Positions 28,386 through 39,687 of a stretch of 64,000 nt of DNA are shown in pieces. The stretch lies in the NCBI GenBank assembly GCA_965240325.2, contig OZ251234.1, positions 1,798,001 to 1,862,000 of the forward strand, given 5' to 3'. Origin of the DNA: Rebecca billardiae RCC1528 (taxonomy: Eukaryota > Protista > Haptophyta). Below the pieces are notes generated by a model that saw only the letters and a program-made list of their open reading frames with translations, was not told the origin of the DNA and made no database searches. The position numbers and the translations under genes are program-made. Position 1 is the first letter of the stretch. Each line of letters begins with the position of its first letter.

Positions 28386-28745
28386 AGGTGCATCGATCCG
28401 CTCTCCCCGTGCCACCACGCTTCCCGAACGCAGGTGCGCGCGAGAGCACCACCCTGCCGTGCCGTGTGTGCGCGCCGTGTGCACCGCGTGTTTGTGTCCT
28501 GTGCTGCCGTGCAGGTGGGCGCAGGCAGGTGCTCTCCATCTACATGGCGCAGGGGCGCAAGTGGCAGTCGTGCAGCACGCCCTCTCTACCTGCAGACGCT
28601 GCAACCTACTCGGCGCGCAACGACGATCCTGCCCATACGTACTCCAGACTTGAGCATGGTGCGAGCACGCTCGCGCAGCGCAGCGCACCAACCATCCGCC
28701 GCGTTTGCGCGGCAGCATGCGCACTGTCTTCTCTCTGACATGTGC

Positions 28746-29117
28746 CCTCCTTCCCTCACCTCTCCCTCTCCCCTCCCTCTCCCTTCCCTCCCTTCCCTCC
28801 CTCTCCCCTCCCTCTCCCCTCCCTCTCCCCTCCCTCTCCCCTCCTCTCCCCTCCCTCTCCCCTCCCTCTCCCCTCCTCTCCCCTCCCTCTCCCCTCCCTC
28901 TCCCTCTCCCCTCCCTCTCCCCTCCCTCTCCCTCTCCCCTCCCTCTCCCCTCCCTCTCCCCTCCTCTCCCCTCCCTCTCCCCTCCCTCTCCCCTCCTCTC
29001 CCCTCTCCCCTCCTCTCCCCTCCCTCTCCCTCCCTCTCCCCTCCTCTCTCCTCCTTCTCCCCTCCTCCTCCTCCTTCTCCCCCCTCTCTCCCCCTTCTCT
29101 CCCCCTTCTCCCCCTCT
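28746..29117. repeat. Polypyrimidine tract, (CCCTCTCCCCT)n-like
   Basis: About 370 bp of almost only C and T on the + strand. Confidence 0.95.
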
Positions 29118-30642
29118 GACGCCATCCTTATCCCCGCAAATTAGCCTAAACCCAAAATATTTGCCCGACGCGACGGGAGTGGTGGGTTTGGCAGTCCGCG
29201 GCGGTTATCGCGTTATGACTGCCGCGTCGCTGCTCCGCCGCCGCCCGTGCCCCTCCCCGCTAGGTGGGCGTATACCTGGCCGGACGCGGGCTCGGCGCTC
29301 GCAGCGGCATCGCCGGAGTGACCGCACGGTGACGAGATGTGAGTCGGAAGCAGCTCGCCTTTGCGGCGCGGGTACCAAGCGGAAAGTGAGCGTACCTGCA
29401 GGAGGGCCGACCCTCGGCGTGACAGGCGCACCTTCGGGGCCGGTCAGGGCAGCCCACGTCGTGCAGCCGACCGCTTCCGCCGCGACTGCCCCCCGGCGCA
29501 CCCTGCCCCGGCCGACGCCTGAGCACAGCGGCCCCGCCCGGGCCCGGGGCCCCCGGGCGGCAGGCCGCGGCGGCGCCGGCACACTCACGGACAGCCAGCG
29601 GCGCTCCTCCGCCTCCTTCGCTCCCCGTTCCTCGTTGTCCCCCCCTGGCGTGGTGCGCGTGCATCACGCTCGAACTCTCACGATGCTGCTTCGGCGTCCT
29701 TCTGCGGCGGCATCCGACGGTCGTGCGCACTGCGAGGCGGAGCGCGAGGTGCTGGGCACTGCCGTCCGTCGTGCTCCCTCCTCCTCATGGCCCACTGCTT
29801 TACTCGAGGGGAACGCTCAGCGCCTTCTGCTTCTCTCATCCGCTCGTGCGCGACCACGCTTGTGCTGGGTGTCCTTCTGAGGCGTCCGGTGGCCGGGCGC
29901 ACATCGGGGACGCACATCGGGGTGGTAAGTGAGGTGCCGGTGCGCTGCCGTCCGTCGTGCGCGCTCCTCGCTCATCTCCACCTGCTTCGCTCGAGCGTGG
30001 GCGCGCTCGGCGCTGTCTGCCTCGCTCGCGCGCGAGCGCATTTTGGCGCTGGACGAGACTCGTGCGCATCCATGCTGCTTCTGCGTCCATCGGCAGCGTC
30101 CGGCGGCTGGGCGCACGGCGGGGCGGCGCCAGCGGGCGTGTGTCGGGCACGCTCCACGCTCCTCACCAGCTGCTGCGCGCTCGCGGGGGCGTACTCAACA
30201 ACACGCTCCTCACCAGCTGCTGCGCGCTCGCGGGGGCGCGCTCAACAACACCTTCTGCCCTTCGTCCGAGCTGGAGCGCATGTCGGCGGCGCGGGCAGTG
30301 AGCGCACACATGCTACTTCGGCGTCCCGTTCTCGGCCATCTGTTGGGCGGCCGGCGGGGCGGCGCGTGAGGTGTCGTTGCGCTGTCGTCCGTCGGGCACA
30401 CTCGTCGCTCATCACCTTCTACTTCGCTTGAGCGGAACCGCGCGCTTCATCACCTTCGATCTGCCCCCCGCTCGAGCGAGCGCGCTTCTTCGGCGCGGGC
30501 CCCTCGGGGCGCAACAGCGGAGCCGCGCGCGCTCCGCGTGTTCGCGCTCGCCGCACGCCGCTGCCGCGCTGCAAGCACGCCGCCGCCACTCGCCGCCGCA
30601 CGACTCACCCTTCTCTACAGCTCGCCGTCGCTCACTCGCGCG

Positions 30643-30720
30643 TCTATCTGTCTATCTATCTGTCTATCTATCTGTCTATCTGTCTATCTGTCTATCTGTC
30701 TATCTGTCTATCTGTCTATC
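30643..30720. repeat. (TCTA/TCTG)n microsatellite
   Basis: tctatctgtctatcta... read directly from the sequence. Confidence 0.95.
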
Positions 30721-30769
30721 CCTCGCGCGCGCGCCGATCATCATGCGCCGATCATCGTGTGCGCACCCT

Positions 30770-31430
30770 ATCTTCTCCGCGCGTCACTTGCGCCTATCTC
30801 ATCTCCGCGCGTTACTTGCGCCTACTATCTACTTCTCCGCGCGTTACTTGCGCCTGTCTCCGCGCGTCACTTGCGCCTATCTACTTCTCCGCGCGTTACT
30901 TGCGCCTACTATATCTACTTCCCCACGCGTTACTTGCGCCTGTCTCCGCGCGTCACTTGCGCCTATACCTCCTCCGCGCGTTACTTGCGCCTATACTATC
31001 TACTTCTCCGCGCGTTACTTGCGCCTGTCTCCGCGCGTTACTTGCGCCTACTATATCTTCTCCGCGCGTTTACTTGCGCCTATCTTCTCCGCGCGTTACT
31101 TGCGCCTGTCTCCGCGCGTTACTTGCGCCTACTATATCTTCTCCGCGCGTTACTTGCGCCTATCTTCTCCGCGCGTTACTTGCGCCTGTCTCCGCGCGTT
31201 ACTTGCGCCTACTATATCTTCTCCGCGCGTTTACTTGCGCCTATCTTCTCCGCGCGTTACTTGCGCCTGTCTCCGCGCGTTACTTGCGCCTACTATATCT
31301 TCTCCGCGCGTTACTTGCGCCTATCTTCTCCGCGCGTTACTTGCGCCTATCTCCTCCGCGCGTTACTTGCGCCTATGTCCTCCGCGCCTATCGTCTCCGC
31401 GCGCATCTTCTCCGCGCGTCACTCGCACCT
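30770..31430. repeat. Minisatellite: 22-bp core TCTCCGCGCGTTACTTGCGCCT x ~22 with short alternating linkers
   Basis: The core recurs with linkers G, ATCT or ACTATATCT, forming a three-unit higher-order repeat of about 80 bp in 31020-31330. Confidence 0.93.
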
Positions 31431-31545
31431 GTCTTCTCATGCGCGCGCGCCGATCATCATCATGTGCGCGCGCCGATCATCACTTCGTGCTCAGCGTAAC
31501 CATCGCATCATCATCCGGGTGCCGAGCGTGCCATCATCGCACACA

Positions 31546-31793
31546 CCTTTCGGCGCGCTTACATGGGCGTACGTGGTGTCTGTGGCCGGGGCGTGGGGGA
31601 CGACGTCGTCGGCGGGCTGGCGTTGATACCCGCGCGCGCCGATCATCATTCGTGCTCCGCGCAACCATCATCATCATTCGGGTGCCGAGTGCGCCATCCT
31701 CGCGCGCACCTTTCGGCGCGCTTACATGGGTGTACGTGGTGTCTGTGGCCGGGGTGTCGGGGACGACGTTGTCGGCGGGCCGGCGTTGATACC
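31546..31793. repeat. Local direct duplication (~85-bp block, 163-bp period)
   Basis: CCTTTCGGCGCGCTTACATGGG..GGCGTTGATACC at about 31546 and about 31709. Confidence 0.85.
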
Positions 31794-32538
31794 TGCGCCG
31801 CGTGGCGGCTCTGGCGGATGCAGCTCTCGCCGGTCGGCTGCCACTGCAGCGGGGCGCGCGCGCTGCTGGGCGTTTTCGGGCGCGAAAAGCGACGTGGCCC
31901 GCTGGCCACCTGCGGCGCTTTCACCTGGCCTTGGTCTTCCTCGCTCGTCACCTTCTGCGTCGCTCGAGCGCGCACGCGCTCATCGTCGTCAATCACCTCC
32001 TGTCTATCGCTCGAACCGCTGCTTTCCGTTCCGTTCCGTTTCTACGCGCGTTCCTTTCCTCACGCCGAGCGTGCCTGGCCCTTCCCGCCACGCGCCACGC
32101 GTTCCTCTCCCATTCCTGTGCCATCTTCCTCACTCATCACCTCCTGCTTCGCTCGAGCGCTCGAACGTGGTCGCGTTCATCGTCAATCGCCTTGTGCCTC
32201 TCGCGCGAGCCGTTGCGGCGAATTCGTCACGCGCGCGCATGGTCATGCGCGCGCGCCGATCATCGCGTGACGATCATCATGCGCGCGCACCGACCAGCGC
32301 CGATCATCATGCGTGCTGAACGGTCACCTCGTCGTCGGCTCGTCGCGCTGCTTTGAGCTTGAGCAGTTGGCACACGCACAAAGCTCCACACACCAAGGGG
32401 GTTCAATCACACACAGGCTGCACAGCCAAGCAAGCTCATGCACTGCGCGTCACAGGCCGTGGGCGCTGACCCTTGCAGCGTCTCCTCGCGCTCTCATGTG
32501 GGCATAGACCCTGCTCTACTCAGCACGCAAGTCACCAC

Positions 32539-32718
32539 AGCACGGCTATGCCGCCGCGTCGCGCAGGCGGCGGCAGCCTGCTCGGGGCTCTCAGCAGTCG
32601 ATGCACCCGTGGACCTGTGCCCGGCGAAGAGCACGGCTATGCCGCCGCGTCGTGCAGGCGGTGGCAGCCTGCTCGGGGCTCAGCAGTCGATGCACCCGTG
32701 GACCTGTGCCCGGCGAAG
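32539..32718. repeat. Tandem duplication, 2 x ~90 bp
   Basis: AGCACGGCTATGCCGCCGCGTC...GGACCTGTGCCCGGCGAAG starts at 32539 and again at 32630. Confidence 0.9.
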
Positions 32719-32772
32719 GTCGATCGATTCAACGGTCGTTTCGTCAGGCGTCACCGCTCAGGACACCACCAC

Positions 32773-35447
32773 TCAGAAGCGCTCCACCTCGCCCATGGAG
32801 GAGCCGTCCGAGTCCGAGCGATACCCTCCGCCGCGCGCGCCACCCGTGCCAGCACCAGCGCGCGCTTCGGGCTCATCCGCGTCGCTGTTGTCGGAACTCT
32901 CGTCGTCGTCGCTCGACGGGGGCTGCCCCCGCCCCACGCGCACGTGTGCGTGCGCGCGGGCGCGCGGCGCACGCGCGGGCACGGGCGGCGCTGGGCGCGG
33001 CAGCGGGTGAGGGCACACTCGCGCGGCGGCGGACGTGCGCGCGGTCGCGCAGCACCGACGGCGTCGCGCGCGTGCGCGCGCGCGCGGCGCACGCACCGCC
33101 ATGCCCCCCTCCACCACCCTCGTCTCGCCCCTGAGTCCGGTGTAGGCCACGGGCGGCGGCGCGGTCGCGGGGCGCGCGCCGTCGTCCGCGGCCGCGCGCG
33201 CGCGGGTCTCCGCCTCCCTCGCCGCGGGCGGCTCCACCGAGGCTGCCGGCAGCGCAGCCGGCGGTGGCGTCGCCTCGGCAGCGCGCGGCGCCGCGCTGCC
33301 CACATCAGCCGCCGCCGCCGCCGGGGACACCTGCGGCAGCTCGGGGCGCTGCGGCGCCGCCTCGCACGACGCCGCGCCCGCGCCAAGCGTGCCGCCGGCG
33401 CGGGCGGGCGGCGCGGCCGTCCCCTCACGGCCAGCCGCAGAGGACGCGCCCGCTCCAGCCGGGCCCAGCGCTCCTGCGCGTTCGCCCGTGTCCGCCGCGC
33501 CGCCGTCCGCTCCTGCTGCGCCCGCGCGCGGCGGCCGCTCGGCGCCCGAGCTCTGATCGGGCGGCAGCGTGTTCGCTTGCGCATGCGCGGCGGCGGCGGC
33601 TGCGGCGGCAGCTGCGGCCGCGGCCTCGGGAGCGTGAGAGCTGGGCGCCGGTGGTGGGTGCGGCGGCGCAGCCTCCTGATGCTCGTGCGCCGCACAGGCC
33701 GGACCCGCCGCATCGGCCGAGCCGCTGCACTGCCCAGCCCCGACGACGCCCGCCGCAGGCGGCGGCGGCGGCGCGGGCGGCGCGCTTGGCGCCGCCACAG
33801 CGGCCGCGGCTGGCTGCGCGCGCGCGGCGCTCACACTGCCGGCGCCGGGCGGCCCGGCCGACTCTGCGAGCCGGGGGGCGAGCGCGCTCGCGAGCCGCGT
33901 CGCCAGCTCGCCGTGCTTCGCGCCGCCGAGCGCGCCGCCCGCCAGCTCGGCGATGGCGCCCCGGTCGGGCCGAAGCTGCGCCGTGACCGCGGCCGCAAGA
34001 GCGTGCGCGTCTGCGGCGTCCGCGCCGCCGCCGCGCGGCGTGCCGCCGCGAGGCGTGCCGCCGCGCGGGTTGTCCGCGGCCTCGCGCAGCGCGGACCCCA
34101 CCGAGGCCGGGTCGGTGAGGTGCAGCAGCAGCTGCACCGCCTTGATCACGTGCTTCGGCCTCCCCCTGTCCGCCAGCCGCTGCCGAACGACGTCGAGCGC
34201 CACCGCCAAGCTCTCCTCCGACTCCGCCACCGCCGCGGTGAGTAATGTGAGTGCCGAGCGCTCGGGCGGCGCGAGCGAGTTGGCGGTGCACAGCCGCGCG
34301 GCCGCCTCGAGCTCGGAGCGGCCGGCGAGGCGGTTGGCCACGGCGCGCCGGGCGCTCTGGCCCAGCCGGCGCGCGGAGAGCCGCCGCCGCCGCACAGCCG
34401 GCGCCGGCACCGCCGTGGCGGCTAGGCCGGCCTGGGGCTGAGCCGAGGGCGGGGGCAAGGTGGCTGGCGGCGGCGCCGTCGACGGGCGCGCGGCTGGCTG
34501 CGCCGCTGAGGCGGCGGGCGATGGGGCGAGCGCAGCCGGCGGCGGCGCGCCCTGCTCGACCGTCGCCTGCGCCGACTGCCGCTGCGGCTCGCCGTGCAGC
34601 GGCGGCGGCGGCGCGTGCGGCGGCGGCGTGGCGGGCCGCGGCGGCGGCGTGGCGGGCCGCGGCTGCGGCGGCGGCTGCGCGCCGTGAGCGGCGGAGACGT
34701 CCACCACGGGCCCCGGCGCCTCGCCGGCGGGCGCGCTGCGGGGCGGGACGTGCGCACCCGCGGCCTCGTCGTCGCCAAAGTCGATGTCGATCACGTCGAC
34801 CGACTCCGCCGCCTCGGCGTCGGCGCGCTCGGCGCGCGGGCGGCCGAGCACGTCCGCACCGACCTGGCCGCCCGCCGAGCCCATCGACACGGCCTCCCAG
34901 GCTTGCGCCGCCTCGTCGGCGTCGCGCTGGACGGCATCCGCGGCGCGCTCGGCTTTCGACACGTCCGGCAGCGCCGCCGGGAACTCGTACACGTCCTCCT
35001 GCACCGCGGCGCCGGTGCGCGCGCGCGCCTGCGCGAGCGCGGTGTCCGCCTGCCTCCGCGCCTCGCGCGCGGCGGCAGCCTCGCCGTTCGCCTCGTCGTC
35101 GTCGCTCACGATCGCCTCGTCCTCGCCGTCCGCGATGCCACGCGAGGTGGCGTCGGGGCCGGCGCCCACCTTGCTGCACGCCGCACGCCGCCGCGAGCGC
35201 CGGGGCCAGGGGCGATGTGTGAGCCATCGGGCGGGTGTGTGCCGGTGTGCGCCGACGGGCGGGCGGCGCGGTCGAGCGGGCGCGCGGCGCGCGAGGGCAG
35301 GCTGGGACAGGCGTGCCCGTACCTGAGGAAGCTCGCATAGCCCTCCGTGCGGGTGGCCGCGCTCCGGCTCTTCACGAAGCCGAGCTGCGCGCTCTCGTCG
35401 CTCTCGGCGTCGCGCGCCTGCTGCAGATTGATGCGCGTCGACGCCAT
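32773..35447 (-). CDS. Hypothetical Ala/Pro-rich protein with acidic patches; spliced
   Basis: Exon 1 is 35447-35323 (MASTRINLQQ...YASFL). GT-AG intron 35322-35174 (GTACGG...GTGCAG) joins in phase 2 to the long ORF (SKVGAGPD...). A second in-frame intron is probable at 33096-32923 (GTGCGT...GGGCAG). No recognisable domain. Confidence 0.6.
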
Positions 35448-35644
35448 CCTGCAACGGCCCACTGTGCGTCTGCGTCCGGATGAGGAACCCACCTGCGGCG
35501 CAGTCCGGCCGCGTCAAAATCACGGCGAAGAGTGAGTCGCACGGCCAACGGTCTTCGCGCGATCACACCCTCCACACCGTCGTCGCCGGGGCGGCAGCGC
35601 ACCAGTCGTGCGCCTCGACAGGGAGCAAGGAACCGCCGGCACGG
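35448..35644. promoter_or_regulatory. Probable bidirectional promoter / 5' UTRs
   Basis: 197 bp between divergent ATGs at 35447 (-) and 35645 (+). Positional inference only. Confidence 0.4.
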
Positions 35645-37321
35645 ATGGACGAAACCAGCGCCGCGGTGAAGCTGCTTCAGCGCAGATCGGCGCGAGGTGA
35701 CGCGCGTGCCACGTACCTCCTGGCTGATCGCGTCGCGTGCGGAGACGGCGTCGCTCGGAATGAGCGCGAGGCGACGCGCCTGTTCAACATCGCCGCCGAG
35801 CGCGGGTCTGCGGAAGCTCAGCTTACACTTGGCAACTACTATGATCAGGGCCTGCGTGGACTGGACCGAAACGCCATCAAGGCCGAGCGCTGGTACCGGC
35901 TGGCGGCCGAGCAGGGCAACGCAAAGGCGCAGTACAATCTGGGCGTGTGCTTTGCGAATGGCGATGGCGTACCGCAAGACCTGGCAGAATCCTTGCGCTG
36001 GTACCGGCTGGCGGCTGAGCAGGGCCACGCGAGAGCGCAGTGCGCTCTGGGCTTGCTCTCGTACAAGGGCGAGGGCGTGCCGCAAGACATGGTCGAGGCG
36101 GTGCGCTGGTTCCGGCTGGCGGCCGAGCAGGGCAACGCATTCGCGCAGTACTGTCTGGGCCGCTGCTGCTACAAGGGAGAGGGCGTTCAGCAGGACTGGG
36201 CGGAGGCGGCGCGCTGGTTTCGGCTGGCGGCTGAGCAGGGCCATGCTCATGCGCAGTACTGTCTGGGCCGCTGCTGCTACAGGGGAGAGGGCGTTCAGCA
36301 GGACTGGGTGGAGGCGGCGCGCTGGTTTCGGCTGGCGGCAGAGCAGGGCCATGCTGAAGCGCAGTACCGTCTGGGCCGGTGCTGCAAACAGGGCGAGGGC
36401 GTGCCGCAGGACTGGGCCGAGGCAGTGCGCTTGTACCGGCTGGCGGCCGAGCAGGGCAACGCAAACGCGCAGCACAATCTGGGCGTGTGCTGTGAGAATG
36501 GCGATGGCGTGCCACAAGACCTGGCGGAAGCAGTGCGCTTGTACCGGCTGGCGGCTGCGCAGGGCAACTCATATGCGCAGTACAATCTGGGCCTATGCTG
36601 CCACAAGGGTAAGGGCGTGCCGCAGGACATGGCCGAGGCGGCGCGCTGGTTCGGGCTGGCGGCCGCGCAGGGCGACGCACATGTGCAGCACAGTCGGGGC
36701 CTGTGCTGCATGAATGGTGAGGGCGTGCAGCAGGACTGGGCGGAGGCGGCGCGCTGGTTCCGGCTGGCGGCCGAGCAGGGCCATGCTCAAGCGCAGCACA
36801 ATATGGGCGTGTGCTACCAGAACGGCGAGGGCGTGCCGCAGGACTGGGCCGAGGCGGTGCGCTGGTTCCGGCTGGCGGCCGAGCAGGGCCACGCGGATGC
36901 GCAGTGCTGTCTGGGCGGGTGCTGCCATGAGGGCAAGGGCGTGCCGCAGGACATGGCCGAGGCGGTGCGCTGGTTCCGGCTGGCTGCTGATGGTGATCAG
37001 CCACTGGCGACGTCCCAGCTTGGAGCTCTGACGCTGGCGGGTCTAGTCGTGGAGCGCGATGTGGTGGAGGGCGCGCGGCTGCTGCGCCGTGGGCACGAGC
37101 TCGACAGCAGCACTCGTACCGACCCCTGTGAAGTGCTCAACGCCCTGTTTGCAGGGGACCGCGAGGTTGTGTCCAAATGCTGCCTCGTGTGCGCCAAGAC
37201 GGACCGCGTCGGCCTGAAGAAGTGCGACCGATGCCACGTGGCAGTGTTCTGCTCGCACGACCACCTGCGGCGCGCATGGAAGGCGCACAAGCCGCACTGC
37301 AACGAGTGGCGGCAGCAGTGA
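35645..37321 (+). CDS. Sel1-repeat (13) + MYND zinc finger protein, paralog 1, 558 aa
   Basis: 36-aa repeats AxAQxxLGxCxxxGxGVPQDxAEAxRWFRLAAEQG. C-terminal CLVC..CDRC..FCSHDH..WKAHKPHC. The start MDETSAA is shared by all three paralogs. Confidence 0.92.
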   Translation: MDETSAAVKLLQRRSARGDARATYLLADRVACGDGVARNEREATRLFNIAAERGSAEAQLTLGNYYDQGLRGLDRNAIKAERWYRLAAEQGNAKAQYNLGVCFANGDGVPQDLAESLRWYRLAAEQGHARAQCALGLLSYKGEGVPQDMVEAVRWFRLAAEQGNAFAQYCLGRCCYKGEGVQQDWAEAARWFRLAAEQGHAHAQYCLGRCCYRGEGVQQDWVEAARWFRLAAEQGHAEAQYRLGRCCKQGEGVPQDWAEAVRLYRLAAEQGNANAQHNLGVCCENGDGVPQDLAEAVRLYRLAAAQGNSYAQYNLGLCCHKGKGVPQDMAEAARWFGLAAAQGDAHVQHSRGLCCMNGEGVQQDWAEAARWFRLAAEQGHAQAQHNMGVCYQNGEGVPQDWAEAVRWFRLAAEQGHADAQCCLGGCCHEGKGVPQDMAEAVRWFRLAADGDQPLATSQLGALTLAGLVVERDVVEGARLLRRGHELDSSTRTDPCEVLNALFAGDREVVSKCCLVCAKTDRVGLKKCDRCHVAVFCSHDHLRRAWKAHKPHCNEWRQQ

Positions 37322-37994
37322 GCAGACTCTGTCTCCGCAGAGTCATTGAGACAATAATCGACATTACTTGGCGCAGCAGCATCCGGCCGGCGCCGGCCGG
37401 CGCCGGGCCTGAATCAAGGCCGCACTCAGTCAACATTCGGACGGACTTGAGTCTTAGTGTAAGTGACATAGCCTGGTCCCGCCTTCAGGACTACTACGTG
37501 CACGTGGGCGGCGTTGAGTCAGGCGGTTGAGTCTTGAGACGGACGCGCCCGGGGCGCTGACTCACCATGGCCGGCGCTGACGGATGCCGAATGGGTTGAG
37601 CGTCACCATGCGCGTCAGCAGCAGCGCACGCGCAGTGCCTAAATGCGTCGCAGTCTATGTACGACCACCGCCGCGTCGAGCGTGCCTGCGCTCCGTGCGC
37701 CGTCACCGCTGCTCGCGCGCGTTCTCCCCAGTGCGCCCTGCGCCTGCGGCGCCAGCGTGCGCTGCTTGCCTGGGCCAGGGCCATCGGTAGAGTTTGGGGT
37801 GTGCACTATACATCTCGTACGGTGGCAATACGCGAGGAGCGAGGTCGCGCCCACGGCGACGACGCCGCGCCACGCCAGCCGCAGGCGCCACAAGCCTACA
37901 GCCGTCTCCGCCGGCGTCCGCGCGTTCCTGGGCGGCGCCATCGTGGCCGCGCGTGGGTATACCGGCTCCGGTTTGGACGGCAGGGCCGACCACG

Positions 37995-38154
37995 ATGCAT
38001 GCACGCGCGGCGGCGGCCGCGGCCGCGGTGCTGCTCCTGTGCGTGGCGAGGGGTGCGGACCCGCGCCAGGGCAGGGCGGCGGACCCACCGCCCGCTACAT
38101 CGTCTCGTTCGCGGGCGACAGGCGCGCCGGCCGCGCGACGGCTCTGGACGCGAA
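37995..38154 (+). pseudogene. Truncated duplicate of the subtilase 5' end (signal peptide + start of prodomain), frameshifted
   Basis: Matches 42976-43154 ([35 protein letters not shown]), then breaks off; carries a 1-bp deletion. Confidence 0.8.
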
Positions 38155-38334
38155 AGCGCCGCGCTGGCTCCGGATCCGGTTGACCCGCAGTCCGGCCGCG
38201 TCACGACTGAGAGAAAGAGCCGCCGACGGCGAGTCGGCGCGGCCAACGGTCTTCGCCTCATCCTCCCACACCGTCGCCGGGGCGGCAGCGCACAGTCGTG
38301 CGCCTCGACAGGGAGCAAGGAACCGCCGGCACGG

Positions 38335-39687
38335 ATGGACGAAACCAGCGCCGCGGTGAAGCTGCTTCAGCGCAGATCGGCGCGAGGTGACGCGCGTGCC
38401 ACGTACCTCCTGGCCGATCGCGTCGCGCGCGGAGACGGCGTCGCTCGGAATGAGCGCGAGGCGACGCGCCTGTTCAACATCGCCGCCGAGCGCGGGTCTG
38501 CGGAAGCTCAGCTTACACTTGGCAACTGCTATGATCAGGGCCTGCGTGGACTGGACCGTGACGTCGTCAAGGCCGAGCGCTGGTACCGGCTGGCGGCCGA
38601 GCAGGGCAACGCAAAGGCGCAGTACAATCTGGGCGTGTGCTGTGAGGAGGGCGATGGCGTGCCGCAAGACCTGGCAGAATCCTTGCGCTGGTACCGGCTG
38701 GCGGCTGAGCAGGGCGACGCGAGAGCGCAGTGCGCTCTGGGCTTGCGCTCGTCCAAGGGCGAGGGCGTGCCGCAAGACATGGTCGAGGCAGTGCGCTGGT
38801 TCCGGCTGGCGGCCGAGCAGGGCGCTGTGGCTGCGCAGTCCAATCTGGGCCGGTGCTGCAAGAGGGGCGAGGGCGTGCCGCAGGACTCGGCTGAGGCGGC
38901 GCGCTGGTTCCGGCTGGCGGCCGCGCAGGGCGATGCTTATGCGCAGTGTGATCTGGGCGTGCGCTACGAGAAGGGTGAGCGCGTGTCGCAGGACTTGGGC
39001 GAGGCAGTGCGCTGGTACCGGCCGGCGGCCGAGCAGGGCTACTCATATGCGCAGCACAATCTGGGCGTGTGCTACCACGAGGGCAAGGGCGTGCAGCAGG
39101 ACTGGGCCGAGGCGGTGCTCTGGTTCCGGCTGGCGGCCGAGCAGGGCCACGCGGATGCGCAGTGCTGTCTGGGCCGCTGCTGCCACAAGGGTAAGGGCGT
39201 GCCGCAGGACTGGGCCGAGGCGGCGCGCTGGTTCCGGCTGGCGGCCGAGCAGGGCCAGGCGGATGCGCAGTGCTGTCTGGGCGGGTGCTGCCACGAGGGC
39301 AAGGGCGTGCCGCAGGACATGGCCGAGGCGGTGCGCTGGTATCAGCTGGCTGCTGATGGTGAGCAGCCACACGCCACGTCCCGGCTTGGACTGCTGACGC
39401 TGGCGGGTCGGGGCGTGGAGCGCGATGTGGTGGAGGGCGCGCGGCTGCTGCGCCGTGGGCACGAGCTCGACAGCAGCACTCGTACTGACCCCGGTGAAGT
39501 GCTCAACGCCCAGTTTGCAGGGGACCGCGAGGTCGTGTCCAAATGCTGCCTCGTGTGCGCCAAGACGGACCGCGTGGGCCTGAAGAAGTGCGACCGATGC
39601 CACGTGGCAGTGTTCTGCTCGCACGACCACCTGCGGCGCGCATGGAAGGCGCACAAGCCGCACTGCAACGAGTGGCGGCAGCAGTGA
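38335..39687 (+). CDS. Sel1-repeat (10) + MYND zinc finger protein, paralog 2, 450 aa
   Basis: Same termini as paralog 1; exactly 108 aa (3 repeats) shorter. Confidence 0.92.
   Translation: MDETSAAVKLLQRRSARGDARATYLLADRVARGDGVARNEREATRLFNIAAERGSAEAQLTLGNCYDQGLRGLDRDVVKAERWYRLAAEQGNAKAQYNLGVCCEEGDGVPQDLAESLRWYRLAAEQGDARAQCALGLRSSKGEGVPQDMVEAVRWFRLAAEQGAVAAQSNLGRCCKRGEGVPQDSAEAARWFRLAAAQGDAYAQCDLGVRYEKGERVSQDLGEAVRWYRPAAEQGYSYAQHNLGVCYHEGKGVQQDWAEAVLWFRLAAEQGHADAQCCLGRCCHKGKGVPQDWAEAARWFRLAAEQGQADAQCCLGGCCHEGKGVPQDMAEAVRWYQLAADGEQPHATSRLGLLTLAGRGVERDVVEGARLLRRGHELDSSTRTDPGEVLNAQFAGDREVVSKCCLVCAKTDRVGLKKCDRCHVAVFCSHDHLRRAWKAHKPHCNEWRQQ

Noticed and set aside
27280-28386. Repeat-protein ORFs in the 215-bp array
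   Set aside because: Most unit lengths (215, 212) shift the frame at each copy, and no domain signature is visible.
29140-29160. Telomere-like CCTAAACCC
   Set aside because: A single unit, not an array.
28284-29880. Pro/Ser/Leu-rich and Gly/Glu/Arg-rich ORFs
   Set aside because: These are translations of the polypyrimidine tract.
30371-31789. Repetitive ORFs over the minisatellite, and a possible CRISPR array
   Set aside because: All three frames give the same permuted peptides because the units are not multiples of 3. Linkers are tiny and reused, there are no cas genes, and the context is eukaryotic.
37657-38334. N-terminal extensions of Sel1 paralog 2 (and 35480-35644 for paralog 1)
   Set aside because: Not conserved in frame between paralogs. 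MDETSAA is the common start.
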